From: Nitrospinota bacterium | GTDB taxonomy: Bacteria; Nitrospinota; Nitrospinia; Nitrospinales; VA-1 | Direction of reading: 5' to 3' | Length of the DNA: 64,000 nucleotides | Assembly (NCBI GenBank): GCA_014382285.1 | Contig: JACNKA010000060.1 | Span: 6,987-70,986 of the forward strand | In this document: piece by piece, positions 48,471 to 59,093 of the stretch | Position numbering within the stretch: the stretch's first letter is position 1 | Layout of the letters: every line of letters begins with the position of its first letter | Notes under the pieces: model-generated | Databases searched by the model: none | What the model was told of the DNA's origin: nothing | Seen by the model: the letters and a program-made list of their open reading frames with translations, nothing else | Program-made: the position numbers and the translations under genes

Positions 48471-49610
48471 ATGACCGCTTACATCATACGCCGGCTTTTA
48501 TTGATGCTTCCCACTCTGATTGGGATCGTCACCATCACCTTCATCGCCACACAATTCGTGCCCGGAGGTCCCGTAGACCAGATGAAATCCCTTTTAAGGG
48601 GGCACGGCAGTACTTTGACCGAGGCTGGCGGTGGAGCCATGACCGGCCCAGGAAAAAAGTTTGGCGAAATAGACCCCAAACATATGGAAGCACTGAAAAA
48701 GATTTACCACCTCGACCGACCACTCGGGGAAAGGTATCTACGCACTTTTTTGTGGTACGCACCCAAGGATAGAACCGCTCCCCTCATGGAAAGTTTTTTC
48801 ATCCATGACAATTGGGAAGGATTTCTGGTTCTTAAATTTGGCAATTCGTTTTACCGTAATAAATCTGTCCTTCAACTCATTAAGGAAAAGTTGCCGGTCT
48901 CGGCTTCATTGGGTGTCGCCAGCTTTTTTTTGACCTACACCATCTGTATTATTCTCGGCATCGCCAAAGCCGTGAAACACGGAACCCGTTTTGATACTGC
49001 CACCAGCCTGATAGTACTCATCGGTTATAGTGTTCCGGGGTTCGTTCTGGCAATTTTCATCATTGTCCTGTTTGGCCCCGGCGATGGGGCTATCGCCCAT
49101 TTGGTGCCCATTGCCGGGCTTACATCTGCGGGGACTCCCGGTTACGAATCGTGGTCAACCTGGGAAAAACTGACCGATTACCTCCACCACCTGGCTGCTC
49201 CCCTATTGTGCTACGTGCTAGGCGGGTTTGCCACGCTGACCTTGTTGACCAAAAATGCGTTTCTGGAAGAAATGCGCAAACAATATGTGCTGACTGCCCG
49301 AGCCAAGGGTCTGCCGGAAAAGCGCGTCCTGTATAAACATGTCCTGAAAAATTCACTCATCCCACTGGTCACTGGATTTCCCATCGCCTTTCTAGCCATG
49401 TTCTTCTCCGGCTCGTTATTGCTGGAACAAATTTTCACTTTAGACGGACTCGGGCTTCTTTCTTATCAGGCAGTGATCCAAAGGGATTACCCCATTGTCC
49501 TCGGCACCCTGTTTATTTTCTCACTCATGGCACTGGTCGGGCAATTATTGACCGACCTGTCTTACGTTTTAATCGATAAAAGAATTTCCTTTGATGAGTC
49601 CCAGGGCTAA
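48471..49610 (+). CDS. yejB: YejB-like ABC permease
   Basis: YIIRRLLL, QFVPGGPV, YVLTARAKGL, DGLGLL, RDYP. Confidence 0.88.
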   Translation: MTAYIIRRLLLMLPTLIGIVTITFIATQFVPGGPVDQMKSLLRGHGSTLTEAGGGAMTGPGKKFGEIDPKHMEALKKIYHLDRPLGERYLRTFLWYAPKDRTAPLMESFFIHDNWEGFLVLKFGNSFYRNKSVLQLIKEKLPVSASLGVASFFLTYTICIILGIAKAVKHGTRFDTATSLIVLIGYSVPGFVLAIFIIVLFGPGDGAIAHLVPIAGLTSAGTPGYESWSTWEKLTDYLHHLAAPLLCYVLGGFATLTLLTKNAFLEEMRKQYVLTARAKGLPEKRVLYKHVLKNSLIPLVTGFPIAFLAMFFSGSLLLEQIFTLDGLGLLSYQAVIQRDYPIVLGTLFIFSLMALVGQLLTDLSYVLIDKRISFDESQG

Positions 49611-49612
49611 AG

Positions 49613-50875
49613 ATGCTTAAATTAAATAAAGAACTGAAAGTCAAACTGAAAGTTTTTAAAAATGACAAGCGTGCCTATTATGGTTTTTTGATCCTGGCTT
49701 TTCTTTTTATAACGACCTTGCCCGCCGAACTGATCTGTAATGTACGTCCGCTGATAATCGTTGTAGAAGGCAAACCTTATTTCCCCATTCCCTTCACCTA
49801 CAGCGAAAAAGATTTTGGCGGTGTCCTGCCTAGTGAACCGGATTATAAATCTGCCCGGTTTCTCAGGATTTTAAAGGGAATGCCTGATGCTCCCGCTACT
49901 GAGGCAAGTGAAAAGAATACTTTCATCTTGCAGTTGGAAGATTTGGAAGAAGACGCTGTGGAGCAACCGGCTTTCAGTATCGAACTGGATGATTTTGAAG
50001 TCAGCGATGAACCGATTGCTCCCATTGCCGAAAGTTTATCCGTCAAGACCCTCTCACCAAGAGACCCCTGGATACTTTGGCCTCCGATCCGCTACGATTA
50101 CGAGTACATTCCAACGGAATCAAAAACCGGCAATGTTGTACTGGCCGCACCCTACCGCACCCGGGCACCTGATGGTGAAGACTTTATCGAATCCTCCTGG
50201 GCAGATGGGCATTACCTCGGCACCGATGACCGGGGCCGGGATGTGCTGGCACGTCTACTTTATGGCTTCCGCATTTCAATGCTCTTTGGAGCATCGCTGG
50301 CGATCACCGGAACTTTGATCGGATGCCTGATTGGAGGGACTCAGGGGTTCTTTGGCGGAGGGGTGGACCTTGTCGGGCAAAGATTAACGGAAATCTGGGG
50401 ATCTATCCCTCGTCTATATATCTTAATAATTTTGAGTTCTTTTTTGGTCCCCTCAGCAATACTACTTTTTTTGATTTTGAATCTCACCGCCTGGATGGGA
50501 ATTGCCGCCTATATTCGTGCGGAATTTCTAAAAGTTCGCAACTTCGAGTTTGTCAAAGCTGCAAAGAGTTTAGGCGTTTCTAATTTCACCATCATGCGAC
50601 GGCATATCCTGCCTAACGCCTTAACTCCCGTGGTCACATTTTTCCCGTTTGAAGTCACAGCAGGAATTCTTGCATTGGTGAGCCTGGACTACCTGAACCT
50701 TGGAGTACCCAGCCCCGCCCCCAGCATCGGGGAACTGCTGGCACAAGGGAAAAACAACTTGCAGGCTTTGTGGATATTGTTGCCCACCTTCGCCTCGCTC
50801 ACTTTAACCATAACGCTATTAACTTTTATTGGAGAAGGCATTCGCAACGCCTTCGACCCAAGAAAAACTCTGTAA
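49613..50875 (+). CDS. yejE: YejE-like ABC permease
   Basis: LGTDDRGRDVLARLLYGFRIS, RHILPNA, GELLAQGK. Confidence 0.88.
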   Translation: MLKLNKELKVKLKVFKNDKRAYYGFLILAFLFITTLPAELICNVRPLIIVVEGKPYFPIPFTYSEKDFGGVLPSEPDYKSARFLRILKGMPDAPATEASEKNTFILQLEDLEEDAVEQPAFSIELDDFEVSDEPIAPIAESLSVKTLSPRDPWILWPPIRYDYEYIPTESKTGNVVLAAPYRTRAPDGEDFIESSWADGHYLGTDDRGRDVLARLLYGFRISMLFGASLAITGTLIGCLIGGTQGFFGGGVDLVGQRLTEIWGSIPRLYILIILSSFLVPSAILLFLILNLTAWMGIAAYIRAEFLKVRNFEFVKAAKSLGVSNFTIMRRHILPNALTPVVTFFPFEVTAGILALVSLDYLNLGVPSPAPSIGELLAQGKNNLQALWILLPTFASLTLTITLLTFIGEGIRNAFDPRKTL

Positions 50876-50878
50876 AAG

Positions 50879-52909
50879 ATGCTGTTATCAGTAAAAAACC
50901 TCGCCACTCACTTTCATGCCGGCCCGGGAAAAATTGCCCGTGCGGTGGATGGAATATCCTTTGATCTTGAGTTGGGGAAAACACTGGCGCTTGTTGGCGA
51001 GTCTGGTTGCGGGAAGACCCAGACGGCGTTTTCAATCATCCGACTGATTGCTGAGAACGGCTACCACCCGACAGGAGAAATCCAGTTTCAAGGACAAAAT
51101 CTATTCGATCTAAACTCCGAAGAAATGCGAGGCCTGAGGGGAAACGATATCGCCATGATTTTTCAGGAACCGATGATGTCTCTTAATCCATTGTTCCGCA
51201 TCGGCGACCAGCTTGAAGAACCGTTACAGCAACATTTAAAAATTGCCAAAGGCGATTCCCGAAAGCGAGCTTTGGAACTACTAGACCGGGTAGGAATTCC
51301 CGATCCGCATAAACGTATTGATGATTACCCGCATCAACTTTCAGGCGGCATGAAACAAAGGGTCATGATAGCCATGGCCCTGGCCTGCGAGCCAAAACTA
51401 CTCATCGCCGATGAGCCCACCACCGCTCTCGATGTCACCATTCAGGCACAAGTATTAAGCCTGATGAGCGATTTGCAAAAACAAACCGGCATGGCGATTC
51501 TGCTGATCACCCATGACATGGGCATCGTCAACCAAATGGCCGATGATTTGTGCATCATGTACGGTGGCCGGGTGGCAGAGTATGGAAGCCGGGAGCAAAT
51601 ATTTAGCAACATGACTCACCCCTACACGCAGAGACTTTTCAGTTCTATTCCCAAACTTGAAAAAAGGCATACATTGCTGGACACCATTCCCGGTCTGGTT
51701 CCTTCCGCAACCGAATATGGAGAGGGCTGCCGGTTTGCTGACCGCTGTGCTGAGGTTATGGATATTTGCCATGAACAGGAAAGCACCGTGCATCACATCA
51801 GTAGTGATCATCTGACACTTTGCCACTTGCTTGCTAAAGGCCCAGGTTTGATCCGCAAGCAAATAGGGAAAACCGACCCCCTACCAGTAAATAAACTTGA
51901 GAACACGCCTCTTGTCAAAATACGCCAGTTAAAAACCCATTTCCCTGTCCGCAAAGGAGTGTTCCTGCGTGTGGCAGACCATATTCGGGCGGTGGATAAT
52001 ATTAATCTGGATATTCCTAAAGGCTCCACCGTTGCGTTGGTGGGGGAATCCGGCTGTGGAAAAACCACATTGGGTGAATCAATTCTGCAATTGGTTCCCG
52101 ATGCACGCGGAGAAGTATTTTTCGGCGACCAAAATATCATGAGCCTGAAAGGCGATTCTCTGAAAAAATTTCGCAAGCATATGCAGATCGTGTTTCAGGA
52201 TCCTTTCGGATCCCTGCAACCGCGAATGACCATCGAGAGGATCGTCGGTGAAGGGATAGAAGTTCACCAACCTATGCTTTCATCGGATGAACGAACCCAG
52301 AAAATTGCCAGGGCTTTAGAAGAAGTGGGGCTGAGTCCATCCGTCCTGGAACGGTATCCGCATGAGTTTTCCGGCGGCCAACGGCAACGCATCGCCATTG
52401 CCCGCGCTCTCATTCTGGAACCGGAGTTTCTGGTGCTGGATGAACCTACAAGCGCTTTGGATGTTTCTGTACAGGCTCAGGTCCTCAACCTGCTGAAAGA
52501 ATTACAAGCTCGGCATAAGCTGACTTATCTTTTCATAAGTCATAATCTAAGCGTGGTGCGCTATATGGCAGACACGGTCGCCATCATGTACCTCGGAAGA
52601 ATTGTAGAACAGGCACCGGTTGAGGAGCTCTTCAAGAACCCTCGGCATCCGTATACAAAATCGCTGCTTGAATCAATACCCACATTAGAAACCCGCAAAC
52701 CTTTTAAGCCTCTGGTGGGAGATGTGCCCTCCCCCCTGAAACCTCCAACGGGTTGCCACTTTCACCCCCGTTGCCCCGTTTATCTGAATGAAGAACAGGG
52801 ATCAGAGTTGTCAAAAAAATGCACCCGCCAATATCCAGAAAAAACAGGAGGAATCGATTCGTTTGTTTCCTGCCACCACGCCGCGCAATTTCCAAAAACC
52901 CCTGAATAA
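50879..52909 (+). CDS. Fused double ABC ATPase (YejF/OppDF-like)
   Basis: Two GESGCGK Walker A motifs, two signatures, two Cys-rich oligo_HPY tails. Confidence 0.92.
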   Translation: MLLSVKNLATHFHAGPGKIARAVDGISFDLELGKTLALVGESGCGKTQTAFSIIRLIAENGYHPTGEIQFQGQNLFDLNSEEMRGLRGNDIAMIFQEPMMSLNPLFRIGDQLEEPLQQHLKIAKGDSRKRALELLDRVGIPDPHKRIDDYPHQLSGGMKQRVMIAMALACEPKLLIADEPTTALDVTIQAQVLSLMSDLQKQTGMAILLITHDMGIVNQMADDLCIMYGGRVAEYGSREQIFSNMTHPYTQRLFSSIPKLEKRHTLLDTIPGLVPSATEYGEGCRFADRCAEVMDICHEQESTVHHISSDHLTLCHLLAKGPGLIRKQIGKTDPLPVNKLENTPLVKIRQLKTHFPVRKGVFLRVADHIRAVDNINLDIPKGSTVALVGESGCGKTTLGESILQLVPDARGEVFFGDQNIMSLKGDSLKKFRKHMQIVFQDPFGSLQPRMTIERIVGEGIEVHQPMLSSDERTQKIARALEEVGLSPSVLERYPHEFSGGQRQRIAIARALILEPEFLVLDEPTSALDVSVQAQVLNLLKELQARHKLTYLFISHNLSVVRYMADTVAIMYLGRIVEQAPVEELFKNPRHPYTKSLLESIPTLETRKPFKPLVGDVPSPLKPPTGCHFHPRCPVYLNEEQGSELSKKCTRQYPEKTGGIDSFVSCHHAAQFPKTPE

Positions 52910-53112
52910 AAACTTACAAAATATCTCCCACAACCCATTGAAAAAAAAGAGTATCAAAACTCCGGCACATTTCCGCTGTTGAACCGCAAAAAAAATTCAT
53001 CTACACCAAGTTGAATCCTTTGGTTTTATACATTCCAGCTTTACAGAACAATCAGGCCGGGCTATAGTTTGCGTCCATTCGATGAACCGGCTTAACGGTT
53101 GAGGCAAGTATC

Positions 53113-53781
53113 ATGATAAAGATATTGTCAATCATATTAGGAGTGGTGCTTTTTACCACCACCTCATCGGCATTGTCGCAGGAGGATACCGCGACGGTAT
53201 CAACGGTGAAAGCAGCGTTGGAGAAGGACCCCGAAAACCCCGCTTTCCTTTCTCAGCTAGGCCTCGCCTATCTAAAAAACAAAAAGTTTCAACATGCCAT
53301 TCCACCTCTGGAGCAATCCCTGAAGGCTCGCAGTGATGATTTTAAATCACATTTTTATTTAGCCCTAGCCTATGGCGCGGTGGGCCGCCATGATGAGAAA
53401 CTTAAAGAGCTTCAGGAGAGCCTGCGCCTCAAGCCCGATTTTTCCGAAGCCAATTTTAAAATTGGCTTGGCTCATGCGGCGATGAACAGGCACCATGAAG
53501 CCAGTGAATTCTACCGCAAAGCCATTAAACAGGAACCGGATAATTATGACACACATTATTTTCTGGCGTTGTCCTGCTTCCTGTCCAACCGCTATCAAGA
53601 AGCCCTTTCAGCAATTCGTGAATCGATCAGGATCAACCCCAACAATGCCGAGGCCCATTACACACTGGGGCAAGTCTATATGAAATTGGGGCGCTACCAC
53701 AAAGCCATACAACCCCTGCAAAGCGCGATGAACATCCATCCTGATATGACACTAAAGAAATCTCGCTCTTCATTGCGCTAG
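53113..53781 (+). CDS. Secreted TPR protein
   Basis: Signal peptide plus about five TPR units. Confidence 0.88.
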   Translation: MIKILSIILGVVLFTTTSSALSQEDTATVSTVKAALEKDPENPAFLSQLGLAYLKNKKFQHAIPPLEQSLKARSDDFKSHFYLALAYGAVGRHDEKLKELQESLRLKPDFSEANFKIGLAHAAMNRHHEASEFYRKAIKQEPDNYDTHYFLALSCFLSNRYQEALSAIRESIRINPNNAEAHYTLGQVYMKLGRYHKAIQPLQSAMNIHPDMTLKKSRSSLR

Positions 53782-53923
53782 CCTCCCAAAACCCATTCTT
53801 CTCCCATTCTGTAAGCTTCTGGAAAGTATTACGACTTAATTACAGTTATTTTACTGGCATGGATTTGTTATCATGGTGTGTGCCTCAATGTATGAGCAAA
53901 CATGATTTGTGGAGGGCTTCTTA

Positions 53924-55072
53924 ATGAATAAGTTATATACCGCCTTGTTAATATTCTTCAGTTTTTTTGTTCTTGTAACTTTTATACCGCAAAATGTCAG
54001 CAGTGCTTCGAAACAACCTGTCAACACCGGCAAAGGCCCTAAAGCACCTGGCAATACTGAGACAGCACTATTTTCGGGAGGCTGTTTCTGGTGCATGGAG
54101 CACCCCTATGAAGACCTTCCAGGGGTATCAAAAGTCATTTCTGGATACACAGGTGGCAAAAAGAAAAACCCTACTTATAAAGAAGTCGCTTCAGGTGCCA
54201 CCCTGCATGTTGAAGCTGTGGAAATTCACTTTGATCCTGAAAAAATTACCTACAATGATCTTCTGCAGATTTTCTGGAGAAATATCGACCCCACTGACAC
54301 TGGTGGTCAGTTTGTAGATAGAGGCAAGCAGTACACAACAGGAATCTACTATACAAGCAAACAACAAAAGCGGGCCGCAGAACACTCAAAGAAATCGCTT
54401 GAGAATGAAAAGCGATTCAGCAAAAAAATTGTCACAAAAATTGTTCCGGCAGGCCAGTTTTATCCAGCAGAAGAATATCATCAGGATTTTTTCAAGAAAA
54501 ATTATATTCGCTACAAAATATACCGGGCGGGATCAGGAAGAGATGAGTTTATAAACCGTGTCTGGGGGGAAGACAAAGAATATAAAATTTCAAAAACGGG
54601 GTTTGCGGGAGATGAACCCCCTCAGTTCACCTTGATTGGCAACAAGACAATATCCAAAGCTGACTTGACTAAAATGCAATATAACGTCACCCAGAAAAAT
54701 GGTACCGAGCCCCCCTACAGAAATGAATACTGGGACAATAAACAACCCGGAATTTATGTGGATATAGTTTCAGGAGAACCGCTGTTCAGTTCTAAAGACA
54801 AATTCAAATCCGGCACCGGCTGGCCATCCTTTACCCGACCCTTGGTGCAGGAAAATATAGCTCAGAAAAAGGATCTCACCCACGGCATGGTTCGAATCGA
54901 ATTACGTTCAAAATCTGCTGACTCACATTTAGGCCATTTATTTCACGATGGCCCTAAACCAACAGGGTTACGATATTGTATCAACTCAGCGGCTTTGAGG
55001 TTTGTTCCCGTTGGGAAACTAAGAGAGACCGGTTATGGGGATTTTCTGCCCCTATTCAGCAAGGGCCTCTGA
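53924..55072 (+). CDS. msrAB: Exported bifunctional methionine sulfoxide reductase MsrA/MsrB
   Basis: GGCFWC and AEEYHQ (MsrA); GWPSF, HLGHLF and RYCINS (MsrB); N-terminal signal/TM. Confidence 0.95.
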   Translation: MNKLYTALLIFFSFFVLVTFIPQNVSSASKQPVNTGKGPKAPGNTETALFSGGCFWCMEHPYEDLPGVSKVISGYTGGKKKNPTYKEVASGATLHVEAVEIHFDPEKITYNDLLQIFWRNIDPTDTGGQFVDRGKQYTTGIYYTSKQQKRAAEHSKKSLENEKRFSKKIVTKIVPAGQFYPAEEYHQDFFKKNYIRYKIYRAGSGRDEFINRVWGEDKEYKISKTGFAGDEPPQFTLIGNKTISKADLTKMQYNVTQKNGTEPPYRNEYWDNKQPGIYVDIVSGEPLFSSKDKFKSGTGWPSFTRPLVQENIAQKKDLTHGMVRIELRSKSADSHLGHLFHDGPKPTGLRYCINSAALRFVPVGKLRETGYGDFLPLFSKGL

Positions 55073-55081
55073 GTAGGAACC

Positions 55082-55399
55082 ATGAATGCCATCAATTCAA
55101 AAACTCTGGTCTGGCACCTGTATATGGTGAGGACTAACCGTGGTCAGCTTTACACAGGAATCACACAGGATATCGCCCGCCGTTTCATCGAGCATCAGGA
55201 AGGGGGTAAAAAAGCAGCAAAGTATCTACGCGGGAAAGGTCCGTTAGAACTGGTGTTTCAGCAAGAAATAGAAAGCCGGTCTGCTGCACTGAAAGCAGAA
55301 ATCGCGCTAAAAAAACTACCCAAGCAACAAAAAGAAAACCTGACGAAAAATTCAGGCCGATTGAAGCCTGATGATCTGAAAGCCTTCCAGAAAAAATAA
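55082..55399 (+). CDS. GIY-YIG nuclease family protein (UPF0213)
   Basis: WHLYMV...LYTGIT, RFIEHQ, AKYLRGKGP. Confidence 0.9.
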   Translation: MNAINSKTLVWHLYMVRTNRGQLYTGITQDIARRFIEHQEGGKKAAKYLRGKGPLELVFQQEIESRSAALKAEIALKKLPKQQKENLTKNSGRLKPDDLKAFQKK

Positions 55400-55406
55400 A
55401 AAAGAC

Positions 55407-56060
55407 CTACTGGACAAGGTTGTTTTTGAATGCGTAGTTAGTGATTTGTGAATTATTCTTCAAGGTCGTCTTTGCCAGAATTCGGCTCCGGTACGTCCCC
55501 ACTGTCCCAACCCCCAGGGCAAGTTCACTGGCGATTTCGGTCAGGGTCTTCCCAGCACCGATCATACAAAAAATCTGCAATTCTCTGGGAGACAAATTTT
55601 CATGCAGGGCTCTATCTGAATCACTCTTAAGGCTGCTGACCATTTTTTCAGCAAACTTCTGGCTGACATAAATTCCATCACCTGCAACTTTTCGAATAGC
55701 CTCAACAAGTTGTTCAGGTGCGCTGTCTTTGGTCAAATAACCTGCAGCACCGGCCTTATAAAACTGTTTAGCATAGTTTTCCTCAGAAGAAACGCTGAGA
55801 ATGACAACTTTGATATCATGATAGAGATTATGAACTTTCTGCATGACCTCCCAGCCAGTTTGGCCTGGCATATTAATATCCAGCAATAAGACATCCACAT
55901 CCAGATCGGGGAGTTTCGCCAGCACTTCATTACCGTTACCCGCCTGATAGATCAATTCCATACCCGGGGTTTCATCAATGATTTGAATTAAACCTTTGCG
56001 AACCACGGCATGATCATCTGCAATTACAATTTTAATAGTTTTTTCTGGGCTACTAATCAT
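55407..56060 (-). CDS. NarL/UvrY-type response regulator
   Basis: IADDHAVVR, LDINMP, LSPRE LuxR HTH. Confidence 0.94.
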   Translation of the reverse strand: MISSPEKTIKIVIADDHAVVRKGLIQIIDETPGMELIYQAGNGNEVLAKLPDLDVDVLLLDINMPGQTGWEVMQKVHNLYHDIKVVILSVSSEENYAKQFYKAGAAGYLTKDSAPEQLVEAIRKVAGDGIYVSQKFAEKMVSSLKSDSDRALHENLSPRELQIFCMIGAGKTLTEIASELALGVGTVGTYRSRILAKTTLKNNSQITNYAFKNNLVQ

Positions 56061-58806
56061 TTCTCAAAGTCAATTTTGGAATTTCAACTATTAATCGAGT
56101 GCCTTCACCAACGACACCCTTGATTTCAACATGGCCTTTCCAGATAAGAGCACGCTCACGAATTCCCAGCAATCCCAGAGAATTTGAATGATCGATGCGC
56201 ATTTTATCAATGCCCATACCATCATCCATGACGCGTAACACATATCCGGTTTCATTTTCAACAAAATCAATTATAACCTTAGTTGCCTGGGAGTGGCGTG
56301 AAATATTTGTCAAGGCCTCCTGAAAAATTCTAAAAAGATCCGTGGACAACTCAGGCTGCAATTTGATTCCTTCGGGTTCGATGTTTAATTTACAACTGAT
56401 ATTTGTATTTTCCGTGAATTTTTCAGCCTGCCATTGCAAAGCCTCACAAAACCCCATCACATCCAGAACCTGCGGCCGTAGTTCCGTAGAAACCCTGCGC
56501 ACGGTTTCCAAAGAATCCTCTAAATGCGAGTAAATCGATTTAACTTTATCCCGCACAGTAGGCTCAGAAACGTCAACTCTCTTTTCTATCCAAGTCAGAT
56601 CCAGCTTGATCGCTGTTAACGTCTGCCCTAATTCATCATGAATTTCCCTGGATATTCGCTTTTTATCTTCTTCCCTGATAGTTTGCAGTTTATTACTCAA
56701 ATCTCTCAATTGCTGGTGTGATTTTTTGAGGTTCTCTTCGGCATTTTTTTTCTCGGTGATATCCAACACTGTACCAATTATCCTTTTAGGGGTTCCCTCC
56801 TCATCGTAAAAGGTTTGAAATTTTTCCTGAACCGTCTTTATAGAACCATCAGGCAGCACAATGCGATGGACTAAATCATACGGTTTCTTTTCATAGATGC
56901 TCGTCATGAAACCTACACGAACACGACGCCGGTCTTCGGGATGCGCCCTTTCGAAAAAAGCATTATAACTGGGGTTGAATAGTTTTCGATCCATACCAAA
57001 AATCTTATACACCTCATCAGACCAAAGCAAACTGCTTTTTTCAACATCCATTTCCCAACTTCCAAGGCAGGCCATTTCCTGGGCTTGCGCAAGGTTCTGT
57101 TCACTGGCACGAAGGGCAAACTCAGCCTCTTTGAGATTCGTAATGTCAGTATCCGATCCGACCATTCGCAAAGGTTCACCCGTTTCACCCCTTTTAACTA
57201 TCCGTCCCCGATCAAGGTTCCATCTCCAGCTACCATCCTTACGTAACAGGCGGTTTTCACATTGGTAACGCCCACTCTTTCCCTCTAAACAATCCGTTAT
57301 TGCCTTCATTACCTTTGGCTTGTCTTCAGGATGCACAAGTTTTTTCCAGGAGTCGATATGAGGTTTCAGCTCACCCGGCCGATACCCGAGCGACTCCAGC
57401 CAATGCGGGCTGAAAAATACCTCATCGGTGGATATATTCCAATCCCAAACCCCATCTGTAGTGGCCTCTAAAAATAGCTGGAGTCTTTCTTCATTAACAC
57501 TCAAGGCCTCTTCAAGCTCACCCTTATACCTATGAAGTTTTTCTTCGGCTCCATACTTCTCGATGGCAAGGCTGGCCAAGTGGGCTACTGATTTCATCAT
57601 GCCCAATTCCCAGTCTGAGGGCAGGTTAGGTTTATTAGAATAGAGCGCAAAGGTTCCCAAAACTTTTCCAACCATATCAAAGATCGGGATGGACCAGCAC
57701 GACTGTAAATCGTGTGCGAGAGCGAGTTCTTTAAAATCTTCCCAAAGAGGGTCGCTGGCAATATCTGAAACAATAACCATTTCCTTTCGATAAGCGGCCG
57801 TCCCACAAGAACCGGCGGAAGGCCCTATGGACATTCCACCGATGGCTTCAGAATACGGTTGTGGAAGATTAGGAGCCACACCATGGGAAAAGGATTTGTC
57901 CGCTTTATCCAATAAGAGTATGGAACCTTTTAAATTATCGGTCTGTTTTTCGATTCCCCTGACGATGTGATTCAGGACACTTTTAAGCGAATGCTCCTGG
58001 ACCATAACTTCCAAAACTTTATTTTGAAAAAAAAGAAACCCTTCATTACGCTTACGCTCCGAAATGTCCGATGAAATCCCGGCAATTCCTACCGGCTTAC
58101 CCCCTTCATCTCGTAGTGGGAATTGAATGGAATGAAAAGTTTTGACTTGTTCATCTACGAAAAATTGCTCTTCGGCAATGAGAGGTTTAAGATCCCCTAT
58201 TACTTTTCTGTCATTTCTAACAAACCGATCTGCGGTGTCCCAGGGAAACACCTCATAGGGTTTTTTTCCAATAGTCTCAGCCCTTTTGGCTCCAGTTATC
58301 CGCTCAAACATTTTATTAACATGGGTATATTTTCCACCCATGTCCTTCATATAAATAAGAGCCGGGGAATTATCTATAAGGCTTTTGAGAATAGTTTCAC
58401 TTATTATATTATTTTCCTCCGCAATTTTTTTCTCGGTCACATCAAACTTTAAAATCATGCAACCTTTTTTATCAGAAGGAGAAACCGCTTTCAAAAGAAA
58501 CCATTTTTTTTGTTCACGGTAATGGCAAGGGTATACGGTTTCATAAGCTTGACACTCCCCGCTTATTACAGACTGAATTCCATTTACTTGCTCTTCCGAA
58601 ATAATTTTCCATCTGGCACATTCAGTCAGATAATCAGAACCAATAAACAATCCTGGAAAGTTGGCGACAATACCCGGCTTGTAAAATTTTTCCCAATTGG
58701 GGTTAACATAAATGATCTCACCCTCTTCATTGAGAATACAAACATTGCCTGGAATTAAATTCAGTAATTCCCTGGGTTCAAAGTTAATTTGAGAAAATGA
58801 AAGCAA
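56053..58806 (-). CDS. Soluble PAS-PAS-GAF-PAS-PAS histidine kinase (HisKA_3)
   Basis: Several PAS/PAC units, GAF GSCGTAAY, REIHDELGQ, QEALTNISRH, DDGMG; no TM segment seen. Confidence 0.93.
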   Translation of the reverse strand: MLSFSQINFEPRELLNLIPGNVCILNEEGEIIYVNPNWEKFYKPGIVANFPGLFIGSDYLTECARWKIISEEQVNGIQSVISGECQAYETVYPCHYREQKKWFLLKAVSPSDKKGCMILKFDVTEKKIAEENNIISETILKSLIDNSPALIYMKDMGGKYTHVNKMFERITGAKRAETIGKKPYEVFPWDTADRFVRNDRKVIGDLKPLIAEEQFFVDEQVKTFHSIQFPLRDEGGKPVGIAGISSDISERKRNEGFLFFQNKVLEVMVQEHSLKSVLNHIVRGIEKQTDNLKGSILLLDKADKSFSHGVAPNLPQPYSEAIGGMSIGPSAGSCGTAAYRKEMVIVSDIASDPLWEDFKELALAHDLQSCWSIPIFDMVGKVLGTFALYSNKPNLPSDWELGMMKSVAHLASLAIEKYGAEEKLHRYKGELEEALSVNEERLQLFLEATTDGVWDWNISTDEVFFSPHWLESLGYRPGELKPHIDSWKKLVHPEDKPKVMKAITDCLEGKSGRYQCENRLLRKDGSWRWNLDRGRIVKRGETGEPLRMVGSDTDITNLKEAEFALRASEQNLAQAQEMACLGSWEMDVEKSSLLWSDEVYKIFGMDRKLFNPSYNAFFERAHPEDRRRVRVGFMTSIYEKKPYDLVHRIVLPDGSIKTVQEKFQTFYDEEGTPKRIIGTVLDITEKKNAEENLKKSHQQLRDLSNKLQTIREEDKKRISREIHDELGQTLTAIKLDLTWIEKRVDVSEPTVRDKVKSIYSHLEDSLETVRRVSTELRPQVLDVMGFCEALQWQAEKFTENTNISCKLNIEPEGIKLQPELSTDLFRIFQEALTNISRHSQATKVIIDFVENETGYVLRVMDDGMGIDKMRIDHSNSLGLLGIRERALIWKGHVEIKGVVGEGTRLIVEIPKLTLRND

Positions 58807-58827
58807 TCTGTTATCTCAAGTTAAAGG

Positions 58828-58920
58828 TTAATCGGTATTCCATTCGGTAAAAAAATAATACACCAGTGCGATAGTGAGAACCCCTGCCAGACCTACCGTT
58901 ACAATGCAACTTAAATTCAT
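58828..58920 (-). CDS. 30-aa single-pass membrane peptide MNLSCIVTVGLAGVLTIALVYYFFTEWNTD
   Basis: AAAGGAG RBS 6 nt before ATG; one hydrophobic helix; too short for the supplied ORF track. Confidence 0.65.
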   Translation of the reverse strand: MNLSCIVTVGLAGVLTIALVYYFFTEWNTD

Positions 58921-59093
58921 TAAAAGCTCCTTTCAGGAAATCTGTTGACGATGCCTCATATTTTATTAATTCTTTAATCAAAAAGCAAAGTTTCGCTCAT
59001 AATAGTTAAAGTATTTTAAGAAAGAAAAAACTGGCTAGCTTTGCTGCCAGGGTCCATATTTTAAATAAATACTTGTCTTTAATAAGATTGTTT

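Noticed and set aside
53055..53100. GGACGCAAACTATAG on the minus strand resembles part of a c-di-GMP-I riboswitch
   Set aside because: The upstream GGCAAAC/P2 stem is missing and no minus-strand gene lies downstream.
55082..55399. GIY-YIG nuclease as a sign of a homing or mobile element
   Set aside because: It is the short stand-alone UPF0213 type, with no intron, intein or flanking repeats.
59030..59050. TGGCTAGCTTTGC sigma54-like site (similar cases near 53855 and 3895)
   Set aside because: Wrong GG-to-GC spacing or a missing invariant dinucleotide.
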